Below are positions 50,776 through 63,016 of a stretch of DNA of 64,000 nucleotides, in pieces. Origin of the DNA: Chiloscyllium plagiosum (lineage: Eukaryota); assembly GCF_004010195.1 (NCBI RefSeq), contig NC_057719.1, positions 55,498,785-55,562,784 of the forward strand. The letters are read 5' to 3'. The translations under genes and the position numbers were made by a program. Numbering within the stretch: the first letter of the stretch is position 1; each line of letters begins with the position of its first letter. The notes under the pieces were generated by a model that did no database searches, was not told where the DNA came from, and saw nothing but the letters and a program-made list of their open reading frames with translations.

Positions 50776-52244
50776 ATGTAAAATGTTTAGTATTTTCCAA
50801 ATATTTCCTCTTTCCTCTTCTGTATTTTTAAATCTTTATTTACTCATCTACTTCTCTTTAATTCTGATACAGGTTCTGACTTAGCATTAATTCTCCCACT
50901 CTAATTATACATTTCTTTTGGTATCCTTCCTCTGTATTTTTCCAATTTGTTAAGGAAATACCCTTTTACTTGTTCTGGTCACTCCATTCCAGACTTGACT
51001 GACTGCACATTGTCAGTTCACATTTTCAGCAATTTAATGAAAGAATTTTAAAGCATTAAACTTGCTAAGTCTAACTGTCTGACAGGAAGTCTTAATGACC
51101 CTCATGCAACAAAAGCTGATGATTCTAAACATTTGCAAAGTACATGGGGGGAAATAAATTTGCCTGAGTTTTAAAATCTGAATGTTTTCGACAGCTATAC
51201 CTCTGTTAATTGCTAATTCTACCCAAGAGGTAGGAAGATCCAACCGGTAATATGGCAAGAACATCTATATTTGTTCAGCTGTTGTGAGTATCTGTCAAAA
51301 TCTGTACACACATGTCCAAGTTTACAGTAGCAAGTTGAGTCAATCTGCTCGAAGCCACTTCATTTGATTTTCTTTACAGTCCAACGATTTACTCCACTCA
51401 TATTGAAACAGACTTGACATTTGAAGAATTCAACTGTGATAGTCAATGACACGTAATCAAAAACTTCAACACTTGACAAGCTGTAGAGATCACAGGTGAA
51501 CTCTGGTCATATTTGACACCTGCATTTATACATTGTTAATGTGCAGATTCTAAAGGCTAATAAAAAATAATTTTGCGGTCAAGAGTTGTATTTTTTCTGT
51601 CAGTTCATCTCAGCAGGGGGAAGAAAGGATAAAAAATCACTTGCTTTCTAGAATTATTGAGCAGAGTGGTTGCAGTGGAGAGGGTGCAATTTATGCAGTT
51701 GAAGTTTATAATTTAATATATGAAAAGGATAACTTCCCCTATTCTTCAGCTGAAGTTATTTGGCATTCACCCTTGAGATAGAACTTACAGTGAAAGAAAA
51801 GCATCAGGGGCTGAATTCCACCAAGGTACTTTGTGGTTTAAACACGCAAATGGAAAACCATGAAATGACAATTCTCACCAGGAAGAAAAGCTTCAAAGTG
51901 CTCAACGGACTAAAGTCTGCCTATCCTATTTTAATTACATCATGATTCAAGAGGCCAGCTTTCTGCTGGTAGCAAGCACAGGGCCTCATTAAAACATTGA
52001 ATAATACATCAAATGACTCCAGTAAAATCCAAATGCAATGTCCATGCCAATAAGAGGATGCTGAAAGCTAGCCATTTCCTGAAAAGGATCTAAAAGCGTT
52101 CTGACCTATTCTCAATTTTGTTTGTGAAATGTTTTATGTATGTTTCACATGGAACTTGACAATTTACTTTTTAATAGTCAAATGAAATCGGCAGGAAATT
52201 GAGCTTCATGCAGCTCCATGAACTCTTATAATTCTGCAGGCTTC

Positions 52245-52603
52245 TTAAGATGCTGGATGTCTTGGAACACATAAAGGTGGATAAATCCCCAGGACCTGAT
52301 CAGGTGTACCCTAGAACTCTGTGGGAAGCTAGGGAAGTAATTGCTGGGCTTCTTGTTGAGATATTTGTATCATCGATAGTCACAGGTGCGATGCTGGAAG
52401 ACTGGCTAATGTGGTGCCACTGTTTAAGGAGGGTGGTAAGAATCCTGAGGGACAGGATGTACATGTATTTGGAAAGACAAGGACTAATTAGAGACAGTCA
52501 ACATGGCTTTGTGCATGAGAAATCATGTCTCACAAACTTGATCGAGTTTTTTGAAGAAGTAACCTCGAGGATTGATGAGGGCAGGGTGGTAGATGTGATC
52601 TAT
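52245..52603 (+). mobile_element. CR1 internal RT fragment
   Basis: KVDKSPGPDQVYPRTL...QHGFVHEKSCLTNLIEFFEEVT..VDVIY. Confidence 0.9.
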
Positions 52604-53080
52604 ATTCAAAGTTTGTGCGAAGATTTGTAGCTCGGGTGCTCGTTGTTGTGGTTCTGTTCGCCGAGCTGGAAGTTTTTGTTGCAAACGTTTCGTCCCCTGG
52701 CTAGGCGACATCATCAGTGCTTGGGAGCCTCCTGCGAAGCGCTTCTTTGATGTTTCCTCCGGTGTTTATAGTGGTCTGTCCCTGCCGCTTCCGGTTGTCA
52801 GTTTCAGCTGTCCGCTGTAGTGGTTGGTATATTGGGTCCAGGTCGATGTGTTTGTTGATGGAGTTTATGGTTGAATGCCATGCCTCGAGGAATTCCCTGG
52901 CTGTTCTCTGTCTGGCTTGCCCTATGATAGTGGTGTTGTCCCAGTCGAATTCATGTTGCTTGTTGTCTGCGTGTTTGGCTACTAAGGATAGCTGGTCGTG
53001 TCGTTTCGTGGCTAGTTGATGTTCATGTATGCGGATTGTTAGCTGTCTCCCTGTTTGTCCTATATAGTGTTTTGTGCAGT
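52604..53080 (-). mobile_element. Penelope (Poseidon-like) 3' end: GIY-YIG endonuclease plus terminal repeat
   Basis: CTKHYIGQTGRQLTIRIHEH...HEFDWDNTTII...REFLEAWHS. Confidence 0.92.
52681..52720 (-). ncRNA. Minimal type I hammerhead ribozyme
   Basis: Minus strand GCA-CTGATGA-T-GTC(gcctagccaggg)GAC-GAAAC-GTT-TGC: stem I GCA/TGC, palindromic stem III. Confidence 0.75.
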
Positions 53081-53289
53081 ATTGCTTCCTGTTGCCCACC
53101 ACTTATCGGAAGTATTGAGAGATGACACAAGTGCAGAACATTGTCTAGATGGGGGGCTTTAATATCCTTCATCAAGAGTGGCTGAGCAATCCTCTACTGA
53201 CTGAGCTGGTAGAATCTCAAGGATGTAGCTCGATCTATGGTAGAGGTGTAAGACAACCATTAAGGCGGCCATAGAGTTTGACAGCAAGG

Positions 53290-54713
53290 AAGTTAAGTTG
53301 GACATGTATAGGACACCAGGTAAATGAGAGCTGGAAAATTGCACACAGTTTTGGTTGAAATACTTTTAAATGAATGAGAATGTATTGAAGATGGTTCAGA
53401 AGAGGTTTATAAGTATGGTACCAGGGATGAGAAACTTCAGTTCTGAAGAGAGATTGGAGAATTGGGACTGTTTTTGTTTTTTTATTTCCGTGTTTTTAAT
53501 GATTACAAACGTGTCATCGACAGATCTGACCCAGAGTTTGGGTTGAATTTGTGGTAGGACTGTTTGTTCTAACCTTTGCATAACTGCCTCTGCTATGAGT
53601 CCCGAGATTGGTGATCCCATGGGTGTTCCGTTGATTTGTTCGTAAATCTGGTTGTTGAATGTGAAGTGTGTTGTGAGGCAAAAGTCCAGTAGTTTAAGTA
53701 TGCCTTCTTTGTTGATAGGTTCAGCATCCTGTTTTCTGTTCTGTATGTCCAGTAGGTTGGCTATTGTTTCTCTGGCTAGACATCCCACTCAGACCCATAG
53801 TATCACTACCAGGGACACCATCATACAAACTAGCCAAAGAACTACAACAGAAACTGAAACACCTGGTCAGCGGATCCAGACACTCTATACAATCAACACA
53901 GGAATTCTTGGACATCATCAGAAATATACACATAGACAAAGAAGAAACCATGATATCATTCGACGTGACGCCACTGTTCACTTCGATTGACAAAACCCTA
54001 GCCAGAGAAACAATAGCCAACCTACTGGACATACAGAACAGAAAACAGGACGCTGAACCTATCAACAAAGAAGGCATACTTAAACTACTGGACTTGTGCC
54101 TCACAACACACTTCACATTCAACAACCAGATATACGAACAAATCAACGGAACAAATCTTCATGCACAAGAACTGGGAATGAAAGCTCTTTACTGACTGTG
54201 CTTAATCTGCTGCACAGCTGGAGTTTAAATATGGCACTGGTGTTGAGAATCCCAGGACATCTTGCCTGTTACAGTACTCCCAGCACTTTCAGATACATAA
54301 TGATATGGGATCACCAATCTCGGGACTCATAGCAGAGGCAGTTATGCAAAGGTTAGAACAAACAGTCCTACCACAAATTCAACCCAAACTCTGGGTCAGA
54401 TATGTCGATGACACGTTTGTAATCATTAAAAACACGGAAATAGAAAAAACACACCGGATCATCAACGCCACACTCACAGAAATCCGATTCACGAGAGAAG
54501 AAAGGAGATTGAGGTGTATTATGTTATTTGGTGCCTATATAGAGTGGAGCGGAGGTCTAATTTCTTTTTAGCAGATAGATCAATAAACAAGAGAAGTAGA
54601 TTTAAAGTAATTGGTAGAAGGGTGAGAGGGGAGTTAAAGAGAATTCCAGTCACCCAGAGCATTAAGGGTCTGGAGTTCTAAAAGGCCGTTTGAAGCAGAA
54701 ACCAGCATCACAT
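53290..54713 (+). mobile_element. Old CR1 3' portion interrupted by Penelope RT fragments
   Basis: GGTTCAGAAGAGGTTTATAAGTATGGTACCAGGGATGAG...TTGGGACTGTTTT, resuming at ~54503 with AGGAGATTGAGG...TTTAAAGTAATTGG. Confidence 0.7.
53475..54502. mobile_element. Penelope RT core fragments in inverted arrangement (minus 53475-53779; plus 53780-54502 with 151-bp filler)
   Basis: PLRPIVS..SFDVTPLFTSI..YEQINGTPMGSPISG..WVRYVDDTF. Confidence 0.92.
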
Positions 54714-55125
54714 TGTTACACCTCACTGGGACCATGTTGAAAATCAAATTCTGTCATACCCAGAGTTGGCACAGAAGTTAAAGTGTATAAGCAATATGCA
54801 AACTTAGCTGTCACTGAGATCCATGTTGACTTAAAGCACGGACCAGGTTTCTCTACTGAACAAAAATTATTATTTATTACAAATAATTAAACTCTAGCTA
54901 TAGGTGAACAATTACAAACCATTGAGATATAACTCTATTAGTTAAAACTTGAATCCCTTTATAACTCCTCGAATCTCTCTCACTTAAACACATACACAAA
55001 GAAGGAAAAAATGGGTATTTTGGATGGAGGGAAAGATTGAGAAGCTGGTTCCTGTTTGTAGAGTTGTTGAGATGATGCTTGTGCTGATTAGAATGCTGCT
55101 CTTTGGTCTTCCTTCTCTGAATGCC
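54714..55125. mobile_element. Possible LTR fragment
   Basis: Begins TGTTACA exactly where CR1 similarity stops; AATAAA on minus strand near 54875; other end not seen. Confidence 0.3.
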
Positions 55126-56648
55126 CATAAGACATGGGAGCAGAAATTAGGCTATTCAGCCTGTTGAATCTGCTTTGCCATTCAACCATGGCTGATAAGT
55201 TTCTCAACCTCATTCTCCTGCTTTCTCCCCATAACCTTTGATCGCCTTGATACTCAAGAACTTATCTATCTCAGTCTTAAAATTACTCAATGGCTTGGCC
55301 TCTGTAGCCTTCTGTGGCAATGAATTCCACAGATTCGCCACTCTCTGTCTGAAGAAGTTTCTCCTTATCTACATTCTAAAAGGTTTTCCCTTTACCCGAA
55401 GGCTATGTCCTCAGGTCCTAGTCTCTCCTACCAATGGAAACATCTTCCCATCATCCAGTCTGTCCAGGCCATTGACTTTTCTGTATGTTTCAATTAGATG
55501 CCCCCTCATCCTTCTAAATTCCATTGAGTATAGACCCAGAGTCCACAAACGTTCCTCATATGTTAAACTTTTCATTCCTGGGACCATTCTCGTGAACCTT
55601 CTCTGAACACAATCCAGGGCCAATGCATCCTTCCTGAGATATGGGACCCAAAACTGCACACATTAATCCAAATGTAGTCTGACCAGAGCCTTATGGAGCC
55701 TCAGAAGTACATGTTTGCTTTTATATTCAAGTCCTCTCAAAATAAATGTCATCATTGCATTTGCCTTCCTAACTACAAACTCAACTTGTAAGTTTACCTT
55801 GAGAGGATCCTGGACTAGAACTCCTAAGTCTCTTTGCACTTCAGACTCTGAATTTTCTCACCAGTTAGAAAATATTCCTTGCCTCCATTATTCCTACCAA
55901 AGTGCATGAGTCACACTTTCCCACATTATACTCCTTTGCCACTTCTTTGCCCACTCTCCTACATTGTCCAAATCCTTCTGCAGCCTCTCTGTCTCCTCAA
56001 TGTTACCTGTCCCTCTACCTATCTTTGTATCATCTGCAAACTTAGTCAGAATGCCCTCAGTTCCTTCCTCTAGATCATTAATGTATAAAGTGAAAAGTTG
56101 TGGTCCCAACATGGAGCCTTACAGAACACCACTTATCACCAGCTGTCATCCTGAAAAGGACCCTTTTATCCAAAGTCTCTGCTTTATTCCAAACAGCCAG
56201 GCTTCTATCCATGCTAGCATCTTGCCTCTGACACCATGGGCCCTTACCTTATTCAGTAGCCTGCTGTGTGGTACCTTGTCAAAGGCCTTCTTGAAGTCCA
56301 GGTAGATAACATCCATTGGCTATCCTTGGTCTAACTTGCTCTTTACTTGCTCAAAGAATTCTAGCAGATTTGTCAGGCATGATCTCCCCTTGCTGAAACC
56401 AAGCTGACTTTGCCCTGTTTTACTATACACTTCTGAGTATTCAGAAATCTCATCCTTCACAATGAATTCCAGGATCTTACCCACAACTGAGGTTAGACGA
56501 ATCAGTCTGTAATTTGCCGTCTTTGCTTTACTCCCTCTTTAAGCAGAGGTGTCACATGACTGATTTTCCAGTCCTCTGGGGCCCTTCCTGATTCTAGTGA
56601 TTCTTGAAAGATCACCACTAACACCTCCACTATCTCTTCAGCTATCTC
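55126..56648 (-). mobile_element. CR1 LINE RT to 3' tail, runs into N-gap
   Basis: LGPQLFTLYINDLEE..KFADDTKIG..LQKDLD; QFWVPYLRKD..VQRRFTRMVPG. Confidence 0.92.
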
Positions 56649-56944
56649 NNNNNNNNNNNNNNNNNNNNNNNNNNNNNNNNNNNNNNNNNNNNNNNNNNNN
56701 GGTAAGTTAAAAGGTTAGTAAAAGCTTACCAGTCAGGACTCTGCGATGCTGCTGTCAAATTGATCAGGTTTTTTGGGTTGGTGAGGGTCGGAGAGCAGAC
56801 AAGAAACTAATTGAGAGATAATCTAACTACTGGAAGCCTTAGATTTAACAGGCGCTTCCCCACCTTTAGAAAACTTCGGCCGAAGGTTGTCTGCTCCCTG
56901 ATCCGCCAACGTTGCCAACTTGCCGTTGTCTCTTTTCCTTCCCG

Positions 56945-56958
56945 CGTCGGGGTCACCA
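56945..56958 (-). promoter_or_regulatory. Primer-binding site complementary to tRNA-Trp 3' end
   Basis: Minus strand TGGTGACCCCGACG (14 nt matching the canonical Trp PBS), 2 nt after an LTR end ...GTCTTAACA. Confidence 0.85.
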
Positions 56959-56960
56959 AA

Positions 56961-57740
56961 TGTTAAGACGGACCCGCTGGGTCCCGTCTTTGCGTGTTCT
57001 TTCGGAGGGAGAGACTCACACTGGCAACTATGGTTAGGTGCAGACAGCAGTTTATTCACAGAATCTTAACTGGTATAACGAATCTACAAGCATGCATTCG
57101 TTGGTGAAGGCGTTCTCCCTTCTCGTTCAAACTTGACACAATTTTGCTTTGCGCTGCCTGGAGTCCCCGGTCAGTTCGCCTTCCCCATTGGTCTATTCAT
57201 CTGCGCGCGCTGGGGATCCGTCCTCCTATTGGCCGCATCGAAGTGCCTGTCCAGCTCCTGCTGTGCTTGACAATGGCTCAGCCATCCCCGGGAGCGGTTC
57301 CGATCCCGTATTCAATAGTTCATTGTTTCAAGGAATTACTATGCGTCTGACAGGCTAGCCATTTTCAATAGTTTCAGTTTAACTAAATTGACAATTACAC
57401 TTATCAACTTTAGACTTAAACAGAGCCATTCACACTTAACAGTTACAGGTTCCGATAGAGCAATTCACACTTGTCTAACAGTTACAGATTCCGATCAGTT
57501 TCTTTATTAATCCCGAGTTTCGATGGGGCAATCGATACTGGCTGGTATTTACAGGCTCCAAGATTTAATTAACATTATGCATATCCCTTACAAGCTCCAG
57601 CCAGGTACTCATGCAGTCGCCAGCAGCAGCTCGCTTGGCTGTTGTTAACCATTTCGGGCTGGAACTCATGCAGTCGCCAGCAGCAGCTCGCTTGGCTGTT
57701 GTTAACCATTTCAGGGCTGGAACTAGAACTGTCTGTTGCA
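56961..57740 (-). mobile_element. 5' LTR of a young LTR element / endogenous retrovirus (5' boundary 57592 or 57740)
   Basis: Ends ...TTAACA before the PBS; AATAAA on minus strand at 57051-57056; two CCAAT motifs (~57186, ~57228); tandem repeats at 57428-57496 and 57607-57724; CpG-rich. Confidence 0.75.
57607..57724. repeat. Tandem duplication, 57-58 bp unit x2
   Basis: ACTCATGCAGTCGCCAGCAGCAGCTCGCTTGGCTGTTGTTAACCATTTC(A)GGGCTGGA repeated. Confidence 0.95.
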
Positions 57741-57799
57741 GAACTAGTGTCACCCTCCCTAGCCCTACATTAAACACCTCAGTGAAATCTCCCCAACAA

Positions 57800-59010
57800 C
57801 AGCTTTGGTAAAAGTGACCACCACATAGTCCTTGTGGAGATGAAGTCCTGCCTTCCCATTGAGAATACCCTCCATTGTGTTGTGTGGCACTGTAACTGCG
57901 TCAAGTAGGACAGATATCAAACTGAAGAGCGGGCATCTATGAGGCACTGTGGGCCATCAGGATCAGCAGAATTGTAGTCCAGCACAATCTGTAACCTCAT
58001 GGCCCAGCATATCCCCAACTCAACCATTACCATCAAGGCAGATTCATTAGAGAGAGCAGGGAGACATGCCAGGAGCTGCTCCAGGCATACCTGAATATGA
58101 TATGTTGCCCTGGTGAAGCTACCAAACAGGACTACTTGAATGTCAAACAGAATGAATAGCAAGTGATAGACAGGCCTAAGTGATCCCACAACCAATAGAT
58201 TAGATCTAAGCTCTGTAGTCCTGCCACATCCAGTCATGAATGGTGGTGCACAATTAAACAAATCACTGGAGGATAAGGATCCACAAATAGCCCCATCCTC
58301 TATAAGCGAAGCGACCAACATATCAGTGCAAAAGATAAGGCTGAAGCATGTGTTCAGTCAGAAGTGCCAAGCAGATAATCCATCCATGGTCCCCAACAAT
58401 ACAGTGGTCTCCAACAATGCAGGTACTGGATATTGGAGTCAAAAGGTGTGGTGCTGCTCAAGCACAGCTGGTCAAGCAGCATCCGAGGAGCAGGAGAGTC
58501 AATATTTTGACTATAAACTTTTCAGCCAATGAGCCCTGACAACATTCTGGGAATCAGACTGGAGTTGTGCTCCAGAACATGCTGCTCATCAACTGGCACT
58601 GACCCAACAATGCGAAAAGTTGTGCTGGTCACAAAAAGTAGAGCAAATTCAACCCAATCAATTACTGTTCCATCAGTCTAATCTCAGTGATCAGTAAAGT
58701 GACGGAAGGTGTCATCAACAGCGCTATCAAGTAGCACCTGCTCAGCAATAACCTGCTCAGTGATGCCCAGTTTGGGTTCTCAAAGTCACTCAGCTGTTGA
58801 ACACATTACAGCCTTGGTTCAAACATGGATAAAATAGCTGAATTACAGAAGTAAGGTAAGAGTTACAGTCTGTGACATCAAGGCTGTATTTGACTGAGTG
58901 TAGCATTCAATGAGTCCTAGCACAACTGGGATCATTGCGAATCAGGGGCAAACTCTCCACTGGTTGGAATCATACCTGGCATAGAGAGAGATGGTTGTGG
59001 TTGTCAATCC
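57800..59010 (+). mobile_element. CR1/L2-group LINE (same family as 1430-5435), EN end to RT
   Basis: GKSDHHIVLVEMK; NYCSISLISVISKVTEGVINSAIK*HLLSNNLLSDAQFGF; DIKAVFD*V*H. A Penelope terminal fragment lies at ~58420-58525. Confidence 0.8.
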
Positions 59011-59011
59011 A

Positions 59012-59642
59012 TAGTGAAGAAGGTATGCTTACCTTCACAATTCAGGGTGAGGAATATATGAGCATGGAAGACTTGTTACAATTCTACACAAAACATTGGT
59101 TAGCCCGCAGATGGAATATTGTGTCATTCTGGTCACTACACTATCAGAGGACATGATTACACTGGAGAGAGTGCAGAGGAGTTTCACTAGGATGTTGCCC
59201 AAGATGAAATGTCTCATTTATGAAGAGAGACTGGATCGGCTGGATTTGTTTTCCTTTGAGCGGTGGAGGCTGTGGACAATCTGATTGTGGTATGAAAGCC
59301 AAAGACAGGGTAGATAGGGAGAATCATTTTCCCCATTGCAGATGTGTCTAACACTGGAGAGCACAAGTTTAAGGTGAGGAGGAAGTGGTTTCATGGAAAT
59401 CTGAAAATCAAGGAGAGCTGAGATCTGGTAGAAATGTCAAAAGAGCTGCCTAAGAGAGTGGTAGGGGCAGTTACTCTCGCAGCATTTAAGAAGCATCTGG
59501 ATGACCACTTAAAATGCCAGGGCAGAGCAGGCTATGGACCAATTGCAGGTAAACAGGATTAGTGTAGTTTAGTCCTTGTTGGTCGGCAAAGGTTTGGTGG
59601 GCTGAAGGGCTTGTTTCTATGCTGTATGACACTGACTTCATG
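59012..59642 (+). mobile_element. CR1 3' portion
   Basis: LERVQRSFTRMLP..YEERLDRLDLFSFERWRL; tail GAAGGGCTTGTTTCTATGCTGTATGAC. Confidence 0.85.
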
Positions 59643-59799
59643 ACAGTTCTAGAACTCTAGTCAACTTGCATCATTAGATCTGTAGCAGCTATTTTAACCT
59701 TGCAAAGTCCATTTTAAAATTAAACAAGGAAGTGTAGTTTTTGAAAGACGTTATCATCTCTTTTACATTCTGTGGACCTGAATGGCTTTTATTGGCTTT

Positions 59800-60330
59800 T
59801 ATTAAATGGTATTGGGGCACAAGGACAAATAGATCTTTGTCCAATTTTATTGATTATTTGTGAAACCACATCTGAATACTTTGAAGTATTGGTCTCCGTA
59901 TGTAAGGAGGGGTTGCCTTGCCTCTGAAGTGGTACAATGAAGGTCCATAGAATAAGCCTCTGGAAGGATGTGAGGCCAAGTTAATTGGGTCTTTGCTCTT
60001 GGGAGTGTGGAAGCCTGAGAGGTAATTCAGGTTATTCTGAAGGGCCTTGACAGAGCAGATACTGAAAATTTGTTACTTTTGAACATGGAGGTACATTCTC
60101 AGGATAAAGTGTTGATTGTTTAGGAGCAAGGTGAAGAGGAATTTATTCGCTCAGTGTTGTGCTTCTTGGAATGCTCAGCCCAAAGGTTTGTGAATGCTGC
60201 AGGACAGAATGTATTCAAGGTTATGATCAATTCTTGCTCCCTCAAGAAATCAGATAGACAGGAAGGTGGAGTTGAGGCAGAAGATCATTTATCATATTGA
60301 AAGGTGAAACAGTCCCCAGGGGCTATTTTT
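59800..60330 (+). mobile_element. Highly decayed CR1 3' portion
   Basis: GTATTGGTCTCCGTATGTAAGGAGG...GGTGAAGAGGAATTTATTCGCTCAG. Confidence 0.55.
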
Positions 60331-60984
60331 CTTGCAGTAAGTGTAATGCTCTGCCTACTTATCATTACTTAAAGGTTCACTTTTCCTTCAAGAAGGATAG
60401 GCTGGATTTAAGGAGAGGCAAGTCTGTTTAGTTTTCCATGCTCTCATAGAGAGTTTTATAAACATCATAATTAATTGTGGCAGCTCACTTAGTATTCAAA
60501 TGTTGTCTAACTGCCAACATGGATCAGTTTCCCACTGACTTTATTAGGCGTGTGGAAAATATGCCACCTACAAACCACTTAATCAGCACAACAAATGAAA
60601 ATTGATCTCCATATCTTTTGCTCCGTTTAATATCTTATTCATGGTATTCTTCTCCTCCTACTCCCACCCACAGAATATTGATGTTCTTGCAAAGATGACA
60701 TGAAAATGTGCAAAATCTATTTAATTGTTTGCATATTATGAAGGAAAATACCCACATTTTGTAGTCCAGGGTCAAACAAATGAAGGGAAAATGACAGGGA
60801 AATCAATAATGAGACGTGAGGTCAAGAAGAAAGTGAGTGCAAACAAATATCAGTTAATAAAGAGGTCTTTATAATAATATTTCACAAGATGCAATTAAAT
60901 AACAGAACTGGTAGTTAATGAATCAAATTATAAACTCAGAAATTTATATATATATATATAGATGTTAAATATACATATATACTT

Positions 60985-61592
60985 GAAGTTGGGAGGTCAT
61001 GTTGCTGCTGTACAGAACATTGGTTACTTCACTGTTGGAATATTGCATGCAATTCTGGTCTCCTTCCTATCAGAAAAATGTTGTGAAACTTGAAAGGGTT
61101 CAGAAAAGATTTACAAGGATGTTGCCAGGGTTGGAGGATTTGAGCTATAGGGAGAGGCTGAACAGGGTGGGGCTGTTTTCCCTGGAGCGTCGTAAGGTTG
61201 AGGGGTGACCTTACAGAGGTTTACAAAATTATGAGGGGCATGAATAGGATAAATAGACAAAGTCTTTTCCCTGGAGCGGGGGAGTCCAAAACTAGAAGGC
61301 ATAGGTTTAGGGTGAGAGGGGGAAGATATAAAAGAGACCTGAGGGGCAACATTTTCACGCAGAGGGTGGTACGGGTATGGAACGAGCTGCCAGAGGAAGT
61401 GGTGGAGGCTGGTACAATTGCAACATTTAAAAGGCATTTGGATGGGTATATGAATAGGAAGGGTTTGGAGGGATATGGGCCGGGTGCTGGCAGGTGGGAC
61501 TAGATTGGGTTGGGATATCTGTTCGGCATGGACGGGCTGGACCGAAGGATCTGTTTTCATGCTGTACATCTCTATGACTCTATGACTCTATA
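60985..61592 (+). mobile_element. CR1 (HER1-like) 3' portion, young
   Basis: LYRTLVTSLLEYCMQFWSP..RGDLTEVYKIM..WNELPEEVVEAGTIATFKRHLDGYM; (CTCTATGA)n tail. Confidence 0.95.
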
Positions 61593-62091
61593 TTCTACAG
61601 TATTTTGCTTTGCAATAGCTTAAGTTTTATTACTGAAACTAAAAGCAGAACTTTTAGAAATAAATGCTTACATTTGTTGATCTAAATTTTGAGGATTTGT
61701 TTGGCTAGAAAAGAAAATGATGTAAACAGAGATTGCCATTGTCTTTTGAAAAATAAGAATTGTTTAAACTTGTGCATGGTTATAAAAGTTTATTATTTTG
61801 TTTCATTGGGTACTAGTATGACTCTACAAGAGATGCCCAGTGGGAAAGTCATCTTTCAGTCACAGACTGAATTGCCTGCAAAATCAGCAGGTAACATTTA
61901 GTGTCCAACTCCTCCAAACTAAGCATCTGCACAGTTAAACATTTAGCAATTCGTGACTGATAAATTATCCTTGTGGTGGTGAAAATCAATTCTCAAGCCA
62001 ATGGTTAAGTTAAGCGAGGAGTATCAGATCATTAAAAACCTCCTGAAGAGTGAAGGTTTTTCGTTTATTCCTACTTAACTACCTTCTAGAG

Positions 62092-63016
62092 CAGACCTGG
62101 GCATTTTACTGTCCGCTGGCCATATCCGGCCCTTTGGTCATTCCTGTCCGGTCTGCATGAGGTCAATCTTAAATTAGAACATAAATGAAAAAGTATTATG
62201 CCATGCACGCAATACAACTGTGTTGCTTTTGTTTTGAAAAGGTTGCTTATTTTATTTACGTATGGAAGTACATGTGCGTGTATGTGCGTGCGTGTGTGCG
62301 TAAACAGCTAAAAGTGATGCTTGCTGGCTAGCCCTCAAAATGTCAACTCACGCCAAAAAAAGGAAGGTTCATATGGAATCCCATGTTTTTAACAAGACAT
62401 GAACTGCTAGATATTTATTTACAGAAATCGGAGGTAAAGCCATGTGCTTGGTTTGTGGTGCACAGGTCGCTGTGTTCAATGAATATAATTTGAATCGCCA
62501 CTACGTGACCAAACACGCCAAGAAGTACAACAACTTGTCTGATCAAGAGCGGGCAAGGAAGTCGGATGCTTTGCTAACTAAGCTGCATAACCAGCAAAGA
62601 CCTTTTACTCAACTTCACATATCCAGAGATGCAGCTGTCGAGACAAGTTATGTCATATCCCACAAAATCGCCAGAAACAGTAAACCGTTTTCTGATGGAG
62701 AGTTTATTAAGGAGTGCTTGTTGGACTCTGCAGAACTAATATGCCTGGAGAAAAAGGAGGCATTTGAGAATGTGCCCAACACACTGTAATTTCTTCTATA
62801 TTTGACCTACTCCACAATTTCATATCTTTATTGTAACAGAATATCCTTACTCTTTTGATTATAAGTTTTGGTGCAAAACTATATAATTTAGTACTTTTTA
62901 CAACGGGAGAAAATTAATACCGAGCAGAATTATGTTCAACTTATTGTTGGTTCGGCCCTCCAACACAACTCAGGTTTCTCATGTGGCCCCTTGGAAGAAT
63001 TAATTGCTCACTCTTG
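62092..63016 (+). mobile_element. Internally deleted hAT (Charlie/SPIN-like) transposon
   Basis: Ends CAGACCTGGGCATT / AATTGCTCACTCTTG; 8-bp flanks TTCTAGAG and GTCTAGAC (nTCTAGAn); subterminal CGGCCC motifs. Confidence 0.85.
62340..62789 (+). pseudogene. hAT transposase N-terminus (GTF2IRD2/SPIN-like zinc finger), premature stop and truncated
   Basis: MSTHAKKRKV..VFNKT*TARYLFTEIGGKAMCLVCGAQVAVFNEYNLNRHYVTKH...IARNSKPFSDGEFIKECL; TGA where W is expected; no DDE domain. Confidence 0.88.

Noticed and set aside
51367..51450. Strong splice-acceptor-like TTTTCTTTACAG (similar one near 12225)
   Set aside because: At the 51367 site all three frames stop within ~70 nt and no good donor precedes the stops; no coding exon can be supported at either site.
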